Shown piece after piece: positions 13,148 to 25,100 of a stretch of 64,000 bases of DNA (position 1 is its first letter; each line of letters opens with the position of its first letter). The notes under the pieces were generated by a model that was not told the origin of the DNA, searched no databases, and saw nothing but the letters and a program-made list of their open reading frames with translations. The DNA comes from Orbicella franksi. Lineage: Eukaryota. The stretch spans positions 5,704,001 through 5,768,000 of the forward strand of contig OZ116711.1 in NCBI GenBank assembly GCA_964199315.1, in the 5' to 3' direction. The translations under genes and the position numbers were made by a program.

Positions 13148-13318
13148 GAAGTCTAAGCCGTGTATTACACTGTGATAAAACACGACGGGCATTTGACAAC
13201 ACGAGGGAAATGCAGAAAACACGAGCTGCAGGCGAGTGTTTTCTACATTTTTTGAGTGTTCTCAAATGTCCGGAGTGTCTTATCACAGTGTAATACATGC
13301 ACGGCTTAGGCTTCTTCA
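13148..13318. mobile_element. Palindromic MITE-like repeat
   Basis: agaagtctaagccgtgtattacactgtgataa / ttatcacagtgtaatac..cacggcttaggcttct inverted arms. Confidence 0.75.
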
Positions 13319-13499
13319 TTTGCTTTATGATATAGATTTTCCACGCGCAAAACAATAAAACACGCTTTTTCTATGTTTTATACTCTGATAAACATGGGTT
13401 TTTGACCAATCAGAGCGCAGAGTGCTATCTATATTGTAAATCTAAATAATGTATTCTAAGTAACCTATCACAGCGCTCAGAGCATGCCTTGAATGCACT

Positions 13500-13628
13500 A
13501 CCCTGATTCTTAGACAGTCCAGGTCGCTGGCGGCCACGCACTCTCTCAGTCGCACTCTCTTCCTTCCCTTGGGGAGGGGAGAGAGAGTGCGTGGCCACCA
13601 GCGGCCTGGACCGTTTGAGAATCAGGCT
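13500..13628. mobile_element. Small MITE (hairpin)
   Basis: cctgattct...gtccaggtcgctggcggccacgcactctctc / gagagagtgcgtggccaccagcggcctggac...agaatcagg. Confidence 0.75.
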
Positions 13629-13984
13629 ATGAATGTACTGTGTGCAACATTTTTTTTACATTTATACGACGGTCAGAAAGATGACCCAAAGATGCCTATA
13701 CTCTAGTATACAGCTGTAAAGTTAAGAGTTCAAGAATAAACGTCTGTTGATCTTAAAAAATACTTCTACCTTAATCGTCCGTAGGAAAAAGGATGGCGAG
13801 TGGTACATTTACCCATAGTTCTTAGCGTATGAAAACCTTAACTTAGCAACGTTCATGAAAACGTACAGAAAAGTTATAAAATCTTCAAACCTAGGCTGCA
13901 CAATTTCCTTAATACAGGGACAAATATTGTAAAAAAATTGGCTTTCTGTGTCTTATAGGCTGTGTTAGGTTTGCAAGGTATTGT

Positions 13985-14200
13985 GGTAAATGTACAGCCG
14001 CCATCTTTTTCCTACGGTGGATTGATTTCACCAAGAGCAAACTATTTCGCCGGTACTCAGTTGTGCATATGGGTGGAGAGAGGCACTGGGAGATCTAGAG
14101 TAAATTGTCTTGCTCAGAAATACGCAATGACATCGGCCAGGGCTTGAACCCGGACCGCTTAATTGAGCTTGATCCGGAAACCAGCGCGCTAACCATTATC
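13985..14200 (-). mobile_element. tRNA-derived SINE; same family at 39958-40205 (+), 55755-55960 (-), 61685-61890 (+)
   Basis: Shared core cacagtgcctctc.cc.cccagg / gagaggcactg and B-box ggttc(a/g)agccc. Confidence 0.7.
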
Positions 14201-14380
14201 TCACTGCGTCCTTCATAAAAACTATAAAAACATCAGCTTTTTTTTTCAAAGATGTCAGGTGCCTGTCCTTCATAACAGATAGATTCCTAAGAAACAAATA
14301 ACTTGATTCTTACGAAAAATGAGATGTTAGTCCTATTTGAATCTTAAGTCTCCAAAATCATACCAGCAACAATTGTCCAT

Positions 14381-14539
14381 ATTCGTATTCTAGAGTTTGG
14401 ACTGGAACTAGCTTTCAACTGAGGTTAATGCGGGGAGTCTTTTCAAATGCAAATGCATTAATCTCTTTTTAATGATGTTTCCCCGCAAGAGCCTCCATTG
14501 CAAGCTAATTCCAGTCCAGTACCGAGAATACGAATATGG
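14381..14539. mobile_element. MITE with inverted arms
   Basis: ccatattcgtattct...ggactggaa.tagctt / aagcta.ttccagtcc...agaatacgaatatgg. Confidence 0.7.
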
Positions 14540-16100
14540 CCTAATAGACGGGTAAGCTCGAGGCTTCCACCGACTGCTAATATACGATGTACCAGGCTCT
14601 AACTAATTATCAAAGTCTGTAGAAGCAGAGAGCGAGCCGTCAAAATTGTTTTAGCATTAACTGACCAATCTATTCAACAAAAAATATTTTTATTAAAAAT
14701 CTTTCAATTCATTTACAAATCATATTGCACATTTATCTGATTGGCGAACATTGAGTTCTGCTCAATGTACGGGTGTAATTTACCACAGCTATGTAACTCT
14801 AACTCCCTTTTAGAGGTAATGGTAAAGTAGAGAAATAGCCGCGCGAAATCTGGGGACGATGCGCGTGCGTCTCGCCTCAATTTTCGCGCAATAATGTTAC
14901 TTTCCTTTGTTTCGCTTCTCGCGCTATGAACTAAGGGAAAAGATGGACCAATCTAAACAAAGGTGATTCGGTTACTAAGATCAATTTTCGGTGAATGTTT
15001 TAAGCATGGTTACGATTCTTTAAAAAAATACACTCTTCTTAACACAAGAATATATAAAATATAAAAAGATATAAAAATAACACGTATTCTATAAGTTAAG
15101 AATACGTGTTAATGCAAGGTACACAATTCTTTACCACCCTCGGTAATTTGTCACCAATATTGACCCCAGGCCACTTTCCATATCAAGTCACCCCTTCCCG
15201 ATTTGAAGGAAAAAGTCACGATGCCCTGGGGAGACGTCGGTAAGGTAGTGGAAGATCACATGGCGGTATTACGGAAAACATATTAGGTATATAATCAAAC
15301 TTCTTCAAATTGGAAACCTCCCACAGAGTAACAGTGGGTCCGTAGGCTAAAACTACATTTGGGTAGAGGACACATCCATCTCATAAAGGGACGAGCGGAC
15401 AAGGTCTTTCTAAGGTGTCTACTCCTCCCCGATGTGCTAATAAACCTTATCTCTTAAACTAGTCCAGCTAGCAAATGTAAATTAAGTGTAAATGGTACAG
15501 GATATATTGAACCTTGGGAGGGTAAATGATGCACATGGAAACTACTACATTACTCTCCACAGCAGTCAATCGCACTCCGGGCGCGCTGTTTCTTCCAAAA
15601 CTGCAGCCCTCAAAAACTTTACTTTGGACAAGCCAAAAATTGTAGTCAATGAAAAGATTTTTTTCCGCTGCAAATAATGAGAAAATATAACAATTTTAAT
15701 TTACTTACAAGTTTAGCGGCTCGTAATTTGAGTACCACTTCTCGTTCTGTCCCGTTTTCTTGCCAAAGTCTAGCAAAGTTTTGCTTGAAACTCTTCGAAA
15801 CAAAGAGGAGTAATTTTTGCGTTTGACCGCTGTGCAACAATATACACAAATGCATTAAGCAAAGACGGAATGTATCTATCATTTGTTTCAAAGAATACGG
15901 GTGGATATATTGAAATTATGAGGCTTTGAAACGCCTGCAAAAACTCTTCAACTACATCTACAAAACGTCTTTCAAACATACATTACTGCAGTGAAAGACG
16001 AATAATGTGCTTTTCACTTCGGTTAGTGTCTGCACGTTTTTTTGTGAGTTCACCCGAGTGTGTTCATGTTGACATGTTGCTGGTTTAGCTTTTGGCTTTC

Positions 16101-19100
16101 TTATCGTTCCTTGACGCCAAACTGATTCTCAGTGGTGTCCTTACTGTTACAACGGCGCCTACGGTTATTTAACTTTGCGACATCTCTCTTAGCAGGGCTG
16201 GCATCCTTTGGGTTCAAAGTCGACGCTTGTTCCCTTCTGAGTGACATGTACTCTCTTGGCATAAGCTCTCTATACCCTGGGGTATCTGGGCTGTCTGGGG
16301 TACTTTGACCTCCTGCGTTATGGTTCAACCGTATGTCTGCCAGCTGCAAGCTTCCTATTTCGGCATAAACCGGGTCATCATGGTTTTGTACCTCTCCCTC
16401 TATAGAAACTGAACCGTGTTCAGGATTGCTAGTAAATTCGTCACAGCCAACTGCCTCAGAACTTTCGCTACAGCCGCTACTTCCAGGGTTTTTGAAACTA
16501 CAGGCCTCAACAGAATTTGAGGTTACGGCGCCTGCTATCTCTTCGTACAATTCTTCATCCTCTGGATCGGCAGTTTCACTTCCAACGTCCTCTGCGATAT
16601 AAGAATGTTCGTTCTCGGAGCTACAATTTTTCGAGTGTTCATCTGTGCTTGACGACTGGCACAAAGCTGGAGATTGGTTACCAATCTCCTCGTAAAGGGA
16701 TTGGTCTTCTTCTATCTGTTCTTCGAACGAGATATCGTCGTAATCCTCGTCATCGCGCAGCACCTCGGTTACCATGTCAACTGCTGTCTTGGTGACGCCA
16801 AACTGTACATTCTGGCAGCGAGGCTCAGGGGGGACCATCTTCGAATCGACGACTCCCTTTGTACTTCTTACGTCATCGTAAAGCTCCTCCTCTTGCAGAT
16901 TTGTCTTGGTGACGCCAATCTGCACATTCTGGAAGCGAGGCTCAGTGGAGACGTCCTTCAAGTGGACGACTTCCTTTATCAGGTGCAAACAGTCATCATA
17001 TTGACCAGCAATCTCGTCATAAGGATCCTCCTCTTGCAGATCTGTCTTGGTGACGTCAACCCATACATTTTTGTACCGAGGGTCAATAGTGAAAGAGTTC
17101 GGATCGGGGAGTTCCTGTGGGCTTCTGAGGTTACAACCGCCACGAAGCTGACAGGTAAGAGCTTCCTCATACAGATCTTCGTCTTGCAGATATGAAGAGC
17201 TCTGAGTGCAGTCCTTCCCCTTAAAGTCGTCATACAGTTCTTCGGGTACTCGCTGTGCTGTAGCATTACACTGAACGTATCTGTAACCGTGTACTGTAAA
17301 GAAGCCTTCGGAACACATTTCCTCGATAGCTCTTTCGGAGTGGTTTTCGTCTTTGATTGACACATGGTAAGCATCTTCAGGCTGACTGATTGACAGGTCT
17401 GGCCACTCACTTTTCTCGTGATTTTTCAACCACAATGACATCATCCAGGACGTCATCGGTTGCCTTCAAAAGAGGAAGTGATATTAAGTAATTATTAACC
17501 GATAGCGAGGTCAATACGGCAAGGCCCAGGTTTGGGATTTTCTCGTAAAGACCAAATGTTTGAGGTTAATAAGTTGTTTATTATATGGCTTTTTGCTTTG
17601 GTTTTGCGGGCCCGTAATTGGCCCGTGGGCATTAGGGGAGATTATTATATGGCTGTGTCTCACTAGGACTGGGAACTATATTGAAGGCGGTCTAGATTTT
17701 CCTATCTAGACCGGCATCTAGACCGCTTATGTTTTAAGGTAAAAAGTTGCAAACTAAAATGCAAAAATATTGCCTTTTTTCTTCCAACAATATTTATTTA
17801 TGGAAGTGCCAAAAAGCTTGATGAGAAAAAAAAAGTAAAGAGGACGAGCAAACCTTGGCAGATTTTAGTTCAGCTCATCGCTGTTCGCAAGCAACATGTC
17901 AGCTAGTACAAACCAGGTACATTAAAAGAATTAATTTATTCCTGTTTGCCATATAATAAACATCTTATTAACCGAGCTTAGTCGGTCTGTATGGGAGAAC
18001 CTTGACTTCGGTCGTGTGTACAGACTTGCGTTCGGTCTGTACTCACGACCTCGGTCAAAATTCTCCCATACAGACTTCCTGCTCGGTTAATAAGAGCTAA
18101 ATAATGCCCTACAATTAGCCATTCAGAGCGCGCGTTATATCAGCCACAAACACAAGCCATATAATAAATTAACGTAATGATTGAGAAGAGACGCTTATTA
18201 CCCTTAATTACATATAATAAAACCAAGTTAAGCATGCGATCACATGCAGGATTTAGTTATCTCCCGCTGTTTATAAGATGGTTCACTGATATTTGTTGTT
18301 TGGAAAAAAATCTATAAATCCAGAAATTAATCCATTGGCTTATAAGTACAATGAGAGTGATCGACGAATGGTACAAAACAAATGTTTTTATTCAGAGGTT
18401 GTTCGCTAGTGGAGTTTCAGCCCATAAAACTATGTGTTTAGAATAAGGAGTTTTTATTTTCAATTTGAGAAGTACACAGTGACAAAGATCTACCAACCTG
18501 CTCGTAAGACAGTCAAAAATGGCGATGAATGGCGGCCTCTGCACTGGGTCATAGGTCCAACATTGATGCATTATGATATAAACCCAATCGGGACAACCCT
18601 CAGGTTTGGTCAACGGTCCCTTGTCTCTTATGTGAAGGAGAATCTGTTGTTGAGATAAGGACATGAGCTTTGATTTTGTACCATTGTGTTACAATAATTT
18701 TTGTTGCCTTAATTTAGCGTAATCGGGGTAATACTCCATTTATTTCGGGTGCCCAAGGCAGGAGACCTCTCAGCTATTCATAAGAGCAACAGCCAAATTC
18801 ATACTAAATGGCCAGTTAATAATATCTTTATAGGACGGCGCATGCCTTTTAAAAGGGTAACACCCTTAAAATTCTGTATCCGAGTGTTTTGTTGATAAGG
18901 ATGTGCAAATGTTTTTTATAAAGTTTTAATTTATTTTTTACCACTATTTAAAGTTGGAAAACTAATACTTTAAAGCGAATTGTTCATGCAGTACGCGCCA
19001 AAAAGCAGAATATTCGCCATTCGCCACTCAAGAGCGGTTTTTTTTTTTAAGTTCACCACTCCCGCGGATTTCTCAGAGAATATTCTTTACAACAGTCTTT

Positions 19101-22100
19101 TTTTGTTTACACTTTTTTCATCTCACCTTCCAGAGGAGAAAAATTGCCTAAAAATCTATTTTTCAATCAAAGCAATGACTTTTCCTGGTCTATATCTACT
19201 CTTGAACTCAAACCTCTTTCGGTCTTCTTATGACCCTTTATTGATATATTGTTATGGTACCTACCTCGTCAATGACAAGGTCACAGTAAGGCACGGAATA
19301 TCCTCTTCTCTCCTGACCAGTGGCGAATGCAGTGTACAACTCCCACGCTAAGATCCCAAACGCCCACACATCACTAGCGTGAGAATAGTTGTTCTCTAAA
19401 ATCAGTTCTGGTGAGCTCCTGTTAAAATATTAAAAAGTAAATAAATGATCAACGTTGCAATATGACGTGTGCAGGAACTAGAAATTGAAATGGCTTTTCA
19501 TTCAGGCGAAATTTTCGAGTTAAAAAAAATTTAAACTCTCGGATTGCTCTAGAATCAGATTTACTTACCCTCCCCAGTGGACCAAAACCCAGTTGAAATT
19601 GTTAAAAACGTTTTCCTAATAACATGACTGTTGTAAAATGTAATTGAGTTAATTGAAATAATAACTTGTCAGCGAAACTGATTTGCTTGGAACATTTAAA
19701 AGCGCACTGTAGTTTGCATCATTATGTAGGAAATGCTACAAGACATATTTTACTTGCTAAATCTAAATCTACGAAAACTTGTGGGTAAATTATATCAAGT
19801 CTCTTTTAATCAGTTGAATCATTTTCGAAAGGAAAATTTGACTTGAATTTTACACTTTTCAAACAAAGCCCTTTATAATTTCGTCCTCATCCCTTGATTG
19901 ACAGGTGAGCCCTGATCTTTCGTGGGCACCCCCTTCCAATTATCTGCGCTGACGTCAGTGTACAGCTTTCTCTAGGTCTCCTGTTTTCTGTTTTTTGCGG
20001 TCAAATATCGTTCTTCTCTAGAACTTATTCAGCGTAATATAAAGTCGACCAAACAAACAGGAAATGGAACGTAAATGAAGGTAAATTAACGTTAGAATTT
20101 TATCTAGCTGCTAGTGGTTCGAGGATAAACGTTACAGTGGTGTTTATATTCAATTCTGAACCGCAAAATGTTCAAAGGGATTCCGAAATGCCCGTCAACT
20201 TTCCACGGCCAACAATTTAAGCTTACTTACAAGCTTACACAGTTTGCTGTTTAATAACCGAACGCTTTGTATAATGCGACATGTGTAAAACAACAGATTT
20301 AATTTTTATTTAGTGGGGACTGCTGATACTCTTCAGGTTATATTATTCTACGAACGTTTATATTATTCTATGAGTGTTGAACGCACAGGGAAAAATTGTT
20401 AAACTTTTTACAACAGCCAAGGTTAGAAAAGCTCACTGAAGTATGCTGCGTTGAGAATTATCACAAAGATAGCTTGGAGAATTCTTCGTTATTGTGTTGT
20501 CTTGTTTTACTTTTTAAAGTTGAGAAAAGGCGGCAGTTACGGCTTGATATTTTGAAAAACAACGACCTTGAAGGTCAAGTTTGTGCATGGCAAGAAATCG
20601 ACATGGAATTATTATTTTGGCGAAAACAATCCTTTAAACCCTTTTAGGTACGTTGTATTGCTTGAGTATCTATACAAAAGTTGAATGAATTTTATATATG
20701 GTTCCCGGGAATCTCTAATATTTCACATTAAAATTTGTCTTTACTTTACTTCTCGAGGCTACAGCCCGTTTGTTAAATTTGTGTCAAACGTAACTCGACT
20801 CAGTTCGCGCCGGAAGAGTCTTATATATGCAGGCAAAACAACCCAGGAATTCTTCTCTACTTACAAGGCTGTAGCATCTTCAAAAATCCTCTCAATCAGA
20901 CTTTTTTTTCCTAATAAAAGTTGAGCTAGCCAAAACGTTTTTAGGAAGCGCTTATTCCGCGCAAGTTGTTTTCGCCAAACTGGCTTACTACGGTAAAAAC
21001 TCGTGTGTAAGACCTGACATTTTTTGAAGTCTGGCAAAATAGGTTCTTCTAATTTGGGGTACTTATTGGCAATTTAAGCTGAGTAGGTTCTAAGTTTCTA
21101 TTAAGAGGATACAGTTGTTGATTGCCAGAAAAATAAACAAACTTGGGGTGGGCCTTGAATGTACAGTACAGTATTTACATATTTATTCACAACCGTATTA
21201 TGATAAGCCTAACATAACTGATAAAGAAAATGTGTATGTAGTGCTGCCTCCATAACAACAACAACAACAACAACAACAACAGGTTTTTATGTTTTGGGGT
21301 TTTAACATTGCAACTTTCTGCCAGCAGGTTCAGTCTTAAACCACTAGGTTCTCACACATGGGTTTTTACTGTAGTTGACTTTTCCGGGCGGTTATGCTAA
21401 AATCAAAACAAGGGGTCTCGATAATATAAACAGCAAAACTCTTACTGATTTAGAAAGAGCAGCAATTTTTTAGAACGATGTGGATGCGGTTATAGAGCAA
21501 GCACTGTGGAAAACACTACGCTTTTTTCAAAGACCCGGCTAAGACTTTATCCACCAAATATTGCAGTACAAAAATAATGTAGATAGGGAAGAAGGCGTCT
21601 AGATTTATATTTATAACTCTAATTCAGTAAACGCGGCTGGAGAGCCTCGCGCGTTGCGTGGGTGTTTCGTGGAGCGAGAAAGTAGGAGGCGGAGAGAGGG
21701 TGGGGGAGGTTTGAGTTTGGATTGCAGAGTGTTTTCCCAGAGCCTGAAGTACTGTCACAAAGCCTAAGATATTCTAAACTTCTAATTTCTATGCCTTTGA
21801 CGTATTCAGAGTCCTGCATTTGTCCAGGGTCCGGGATGGGAGAGTGACATGTTAGAAAGCTATGACTGACAAGAGTAAGTATCTTATAGATTGTTCTAGA
21901 AGTAATATACGACGGGGCAAACAGTGGTAAATGGCTCTCATCATTTCGATTGGTTATTTGATGAGTGATATAAAGACACGACACGTCTTATGTAAGTATT
22001 GTTATGCGAAAAAATACGCAAAAATGGCGACTACAAAATTTCAGTTTGCCTATCATTTGTTATTTCGTTCACTCACTGATATTCATTCGTTCTTTTCCGT

Positions 22101-25100
22101 CCTTTTGTGTGTCCTTTCGTCAGTCCGTCCGTCGGCCATTAATTCGTTCGTCCGTCCGTCTGTGTGTTCGTTCTTTCGTTCGTTCGTTCGTTCGTTCGTT
22201 CGTTCGTTTCGACGTTCCTTCTTTCGTTCGTTTCGTTCCTTCTTTTGTTCGTTGTTGGTTCCTTCGTTCTTTGGTTTGTTCTATCGTTAATCTGGTCAAC
22301 GGATCGTCCACTCTTCGGTGCCGTTCGCTAATTCTTTAGCTCGTCAATTCGTTCTTTCGTTCGTTTGCTGATCCACTTGTCCGCACAACCCGTTCGTTCG
22401 TTCTGCGACGTCATAATTTATACATAAGCATAGTACACAACACCCCCCTGTGAATTAAGGTTCCATTATTTGAATTTGCCGTGTGCTTGTCATTGAAGTG
22501 ATGTTGCAATTTATTATAAGGTGAAACTATTTGTTGATGAGACCTGTATGGCAGTTGTCTATCAAATAGTTTCACTAGTTGTTTGTTTCGTTGATCAATT
22601 CGCTACTTACCAGCGAGTCGAATCAGAAGGCATGGAACGTTGAATGACGCATGACGTACTTGTGACGTCATCTGCCCTCTTGGGCAAAGATTTGGAGCGA
22701 CCCAGACGGGCGACGTGAATCTGTTGAAAGTTTAAATTAATATAAAATGAGTATCAAGGGTACAGCCAAATTACAATTACAGATTTTATTCATAGCTCGA
22801 TCCCTATATCTTTTCTTGATCACATACTATACTGCCCAGGGCCGCTTGAGAGTTGTTCAAGGTTACGTTTAATTGTCTTGATTACATATCGCTAAATCAA
22901 CTTCTGAAATGTAATTGCTAATTTCAAGTCATATGATGTTCTGGAGAATTACCACTTTCATTTATCCAGTCTTCATTATACAGTCATATTATCAGATTTG
23001 AAGAGAAAAATTCTTGAATGGTCTGAATTGGCTTAACAAACAAAGAAACAGACGAACGGGGTCTACAAATTGCATAACATTTCTGCGCCTCGAACTTATC
23101 CCGTTTGGACAAACCCCTTTTTTTCGAATTTTAATATTTTGATGGTTTATATCTATTTATTTTGTTTTGTTTTGTATATTTACTCTTGTACCAAGTTTGT
23201 GATATTTATGTGTACCAATGTATTTGTTGTGCCTCTTTCCTGACTCTCACATTTTTAATTATTATAATTACGGTCACCCAACTAGTTTAGCTTTTTAGTT
23301 ATTTTGGGTGTCCCTCTACTGTATGTACTGTATTGTTTATTTATTTATTTATAATTATAATCTTGTAAATTCTTTTAGTTGTTTACAGTAGTAGAAATAA
23401 ACTGTAGTCCTGACCGCTTTCATCATCCTTTGAGGTCTAAATTAGCCGTTTCTTTCGTTATATAGATTGCACACATGAGACCTATTTCGAAATTTCATTT
23501 CTTTGTACGGAATGACTACCAGCAGCCATGTTTAAAATCCGAGACTTAAAAAGCATGCATTAAAATCAAAAGTCGATTGAATGGTTATGTCTATCAATTT
23601 CTGCTGTACACTTAGGCCCCATTTATATGGTTTCGGGTACCCGAGACAACCCTTCCCCCGCAAGGCAACTTTATCGAGCGTTTATACGTGAAAACATTGT
23701 CCTTGTAGTCCGAGTCAAGGTTGACCCTGCATGATTATTCATGACCCCTATTGAATAACATCCCTTTTCCCTTGGATATCCCTCGGTCATTCGATCAAAG
23801 TGGGTTTTCAATTCTTTGATACGAATTTCTGCTTTAGATCCTATACCTAGGCATTAGGTAAAACTCACCACGCCGAGAATTGTCTCGGTTAGACGAGCCA
23901 AAGTGTTCGTTCATATGAAGGAAATTTGTCCCGCTCGCCTGGGTTACCCTACATGCCGAGGCGAGACAACTCGCCCACCCGAGTTGTCTCACCCCCGAGA
24001 CGGATTTGCAATGCTCATGTAAAGGGTTGGTTGAATTTTGCGAAGAAATAACTGAAAATTTACTTCGGCCAGATATGGCAATGTTGCAAGACAATGAAAA
24101 TTCAACATAAACATTTCCGCATGAACGGTGCGCTCCGAGACTCGTTTCGAAGCAGAGGTAACAGCAACTCGGAAGTGCTTGTTATAACAATTGAATAGAT
24201 TCAAAAAAAGAAATTGGCATACTCGCCTGCCCATGCGCGCGAGTATCTGACCGGACGTACCTTGTTTGGTTCCAACACGCTCACATATTCAGCGCGAATA
24301 TCTCCATGTACAATGTGGTTTACATGAAGGTAGTGCAGAGCGCTCGCCACTTGGGACAAGAACATAACTATGTCGCCCTTCTGGCATCGTCTGTCAAGGA
24401 CGTATTCTTTCAGGTTCCCAAGGGTAGAGTCTATTGAGATCTAGTCAAAAGCAAATTAACATACAATTAGGTAACTAGAGCGTAACATTCCCTCTATCTC
24501 ATGTTCAAGGACAAATATCCCAGCATCTCTTCACGCTAAACGGAATCTATTGTGTTTATTATCCTTGAAATCTTTTTGGCGCAGTTTTGACATTCGGATA
24601 TTCCCATTTTTAGCTTGGGGATATTCAGTCACGTGACGCGTTTAGACTAATCGCGCGTGAGCGAAAATATTTGATGGATTATAAGTACTAATACTCAAAG
24701 GTTAAGAAACATTTGTAATCTTGTCATATTTTTCTGAATTCTGTTTAGCTATTACGATTAGAGTGACCGTTGCGTGTTATAGAACATCGACAGTTGACGC
24801 TCAATAACTCAAAGCCAGAGAGTAAATGCACCATTACTCCATTTGTAAAAATGTTTAGAGAGAGTGGAGGTGCCAAAAAGAGGAGGGGGGAGGGATAGCA
24901 CGTAAGATATAGGCTTTGGAAAGTAGCCACTTTCTCGCTGCGAAAAGGTGAAGGAAAGAAATGACATTTTGTCTTTTCAGGCTTAACAATTTATAACAAT
25001 AGAGGAAGGGAACTTTCTTACACCTGCAACTAGAGGCATGACATACTTACCATTTCAACAACTGGGCAATGGGACTCTAAATTCTCTATCTGCCATATCT

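Noticed and set aside
16517-17410. Alternative-frame and antisense ORFs over gene A's last exon (also over 38290-38932 and 58094-58774)
   Set aside because: Shadows of the long real exon; no independent motifs or splice support.
21931-22339. Overlapping ORFs rich in R/S/F/V
   Set aside because: Translations of the (TTCG)n microsatellite.
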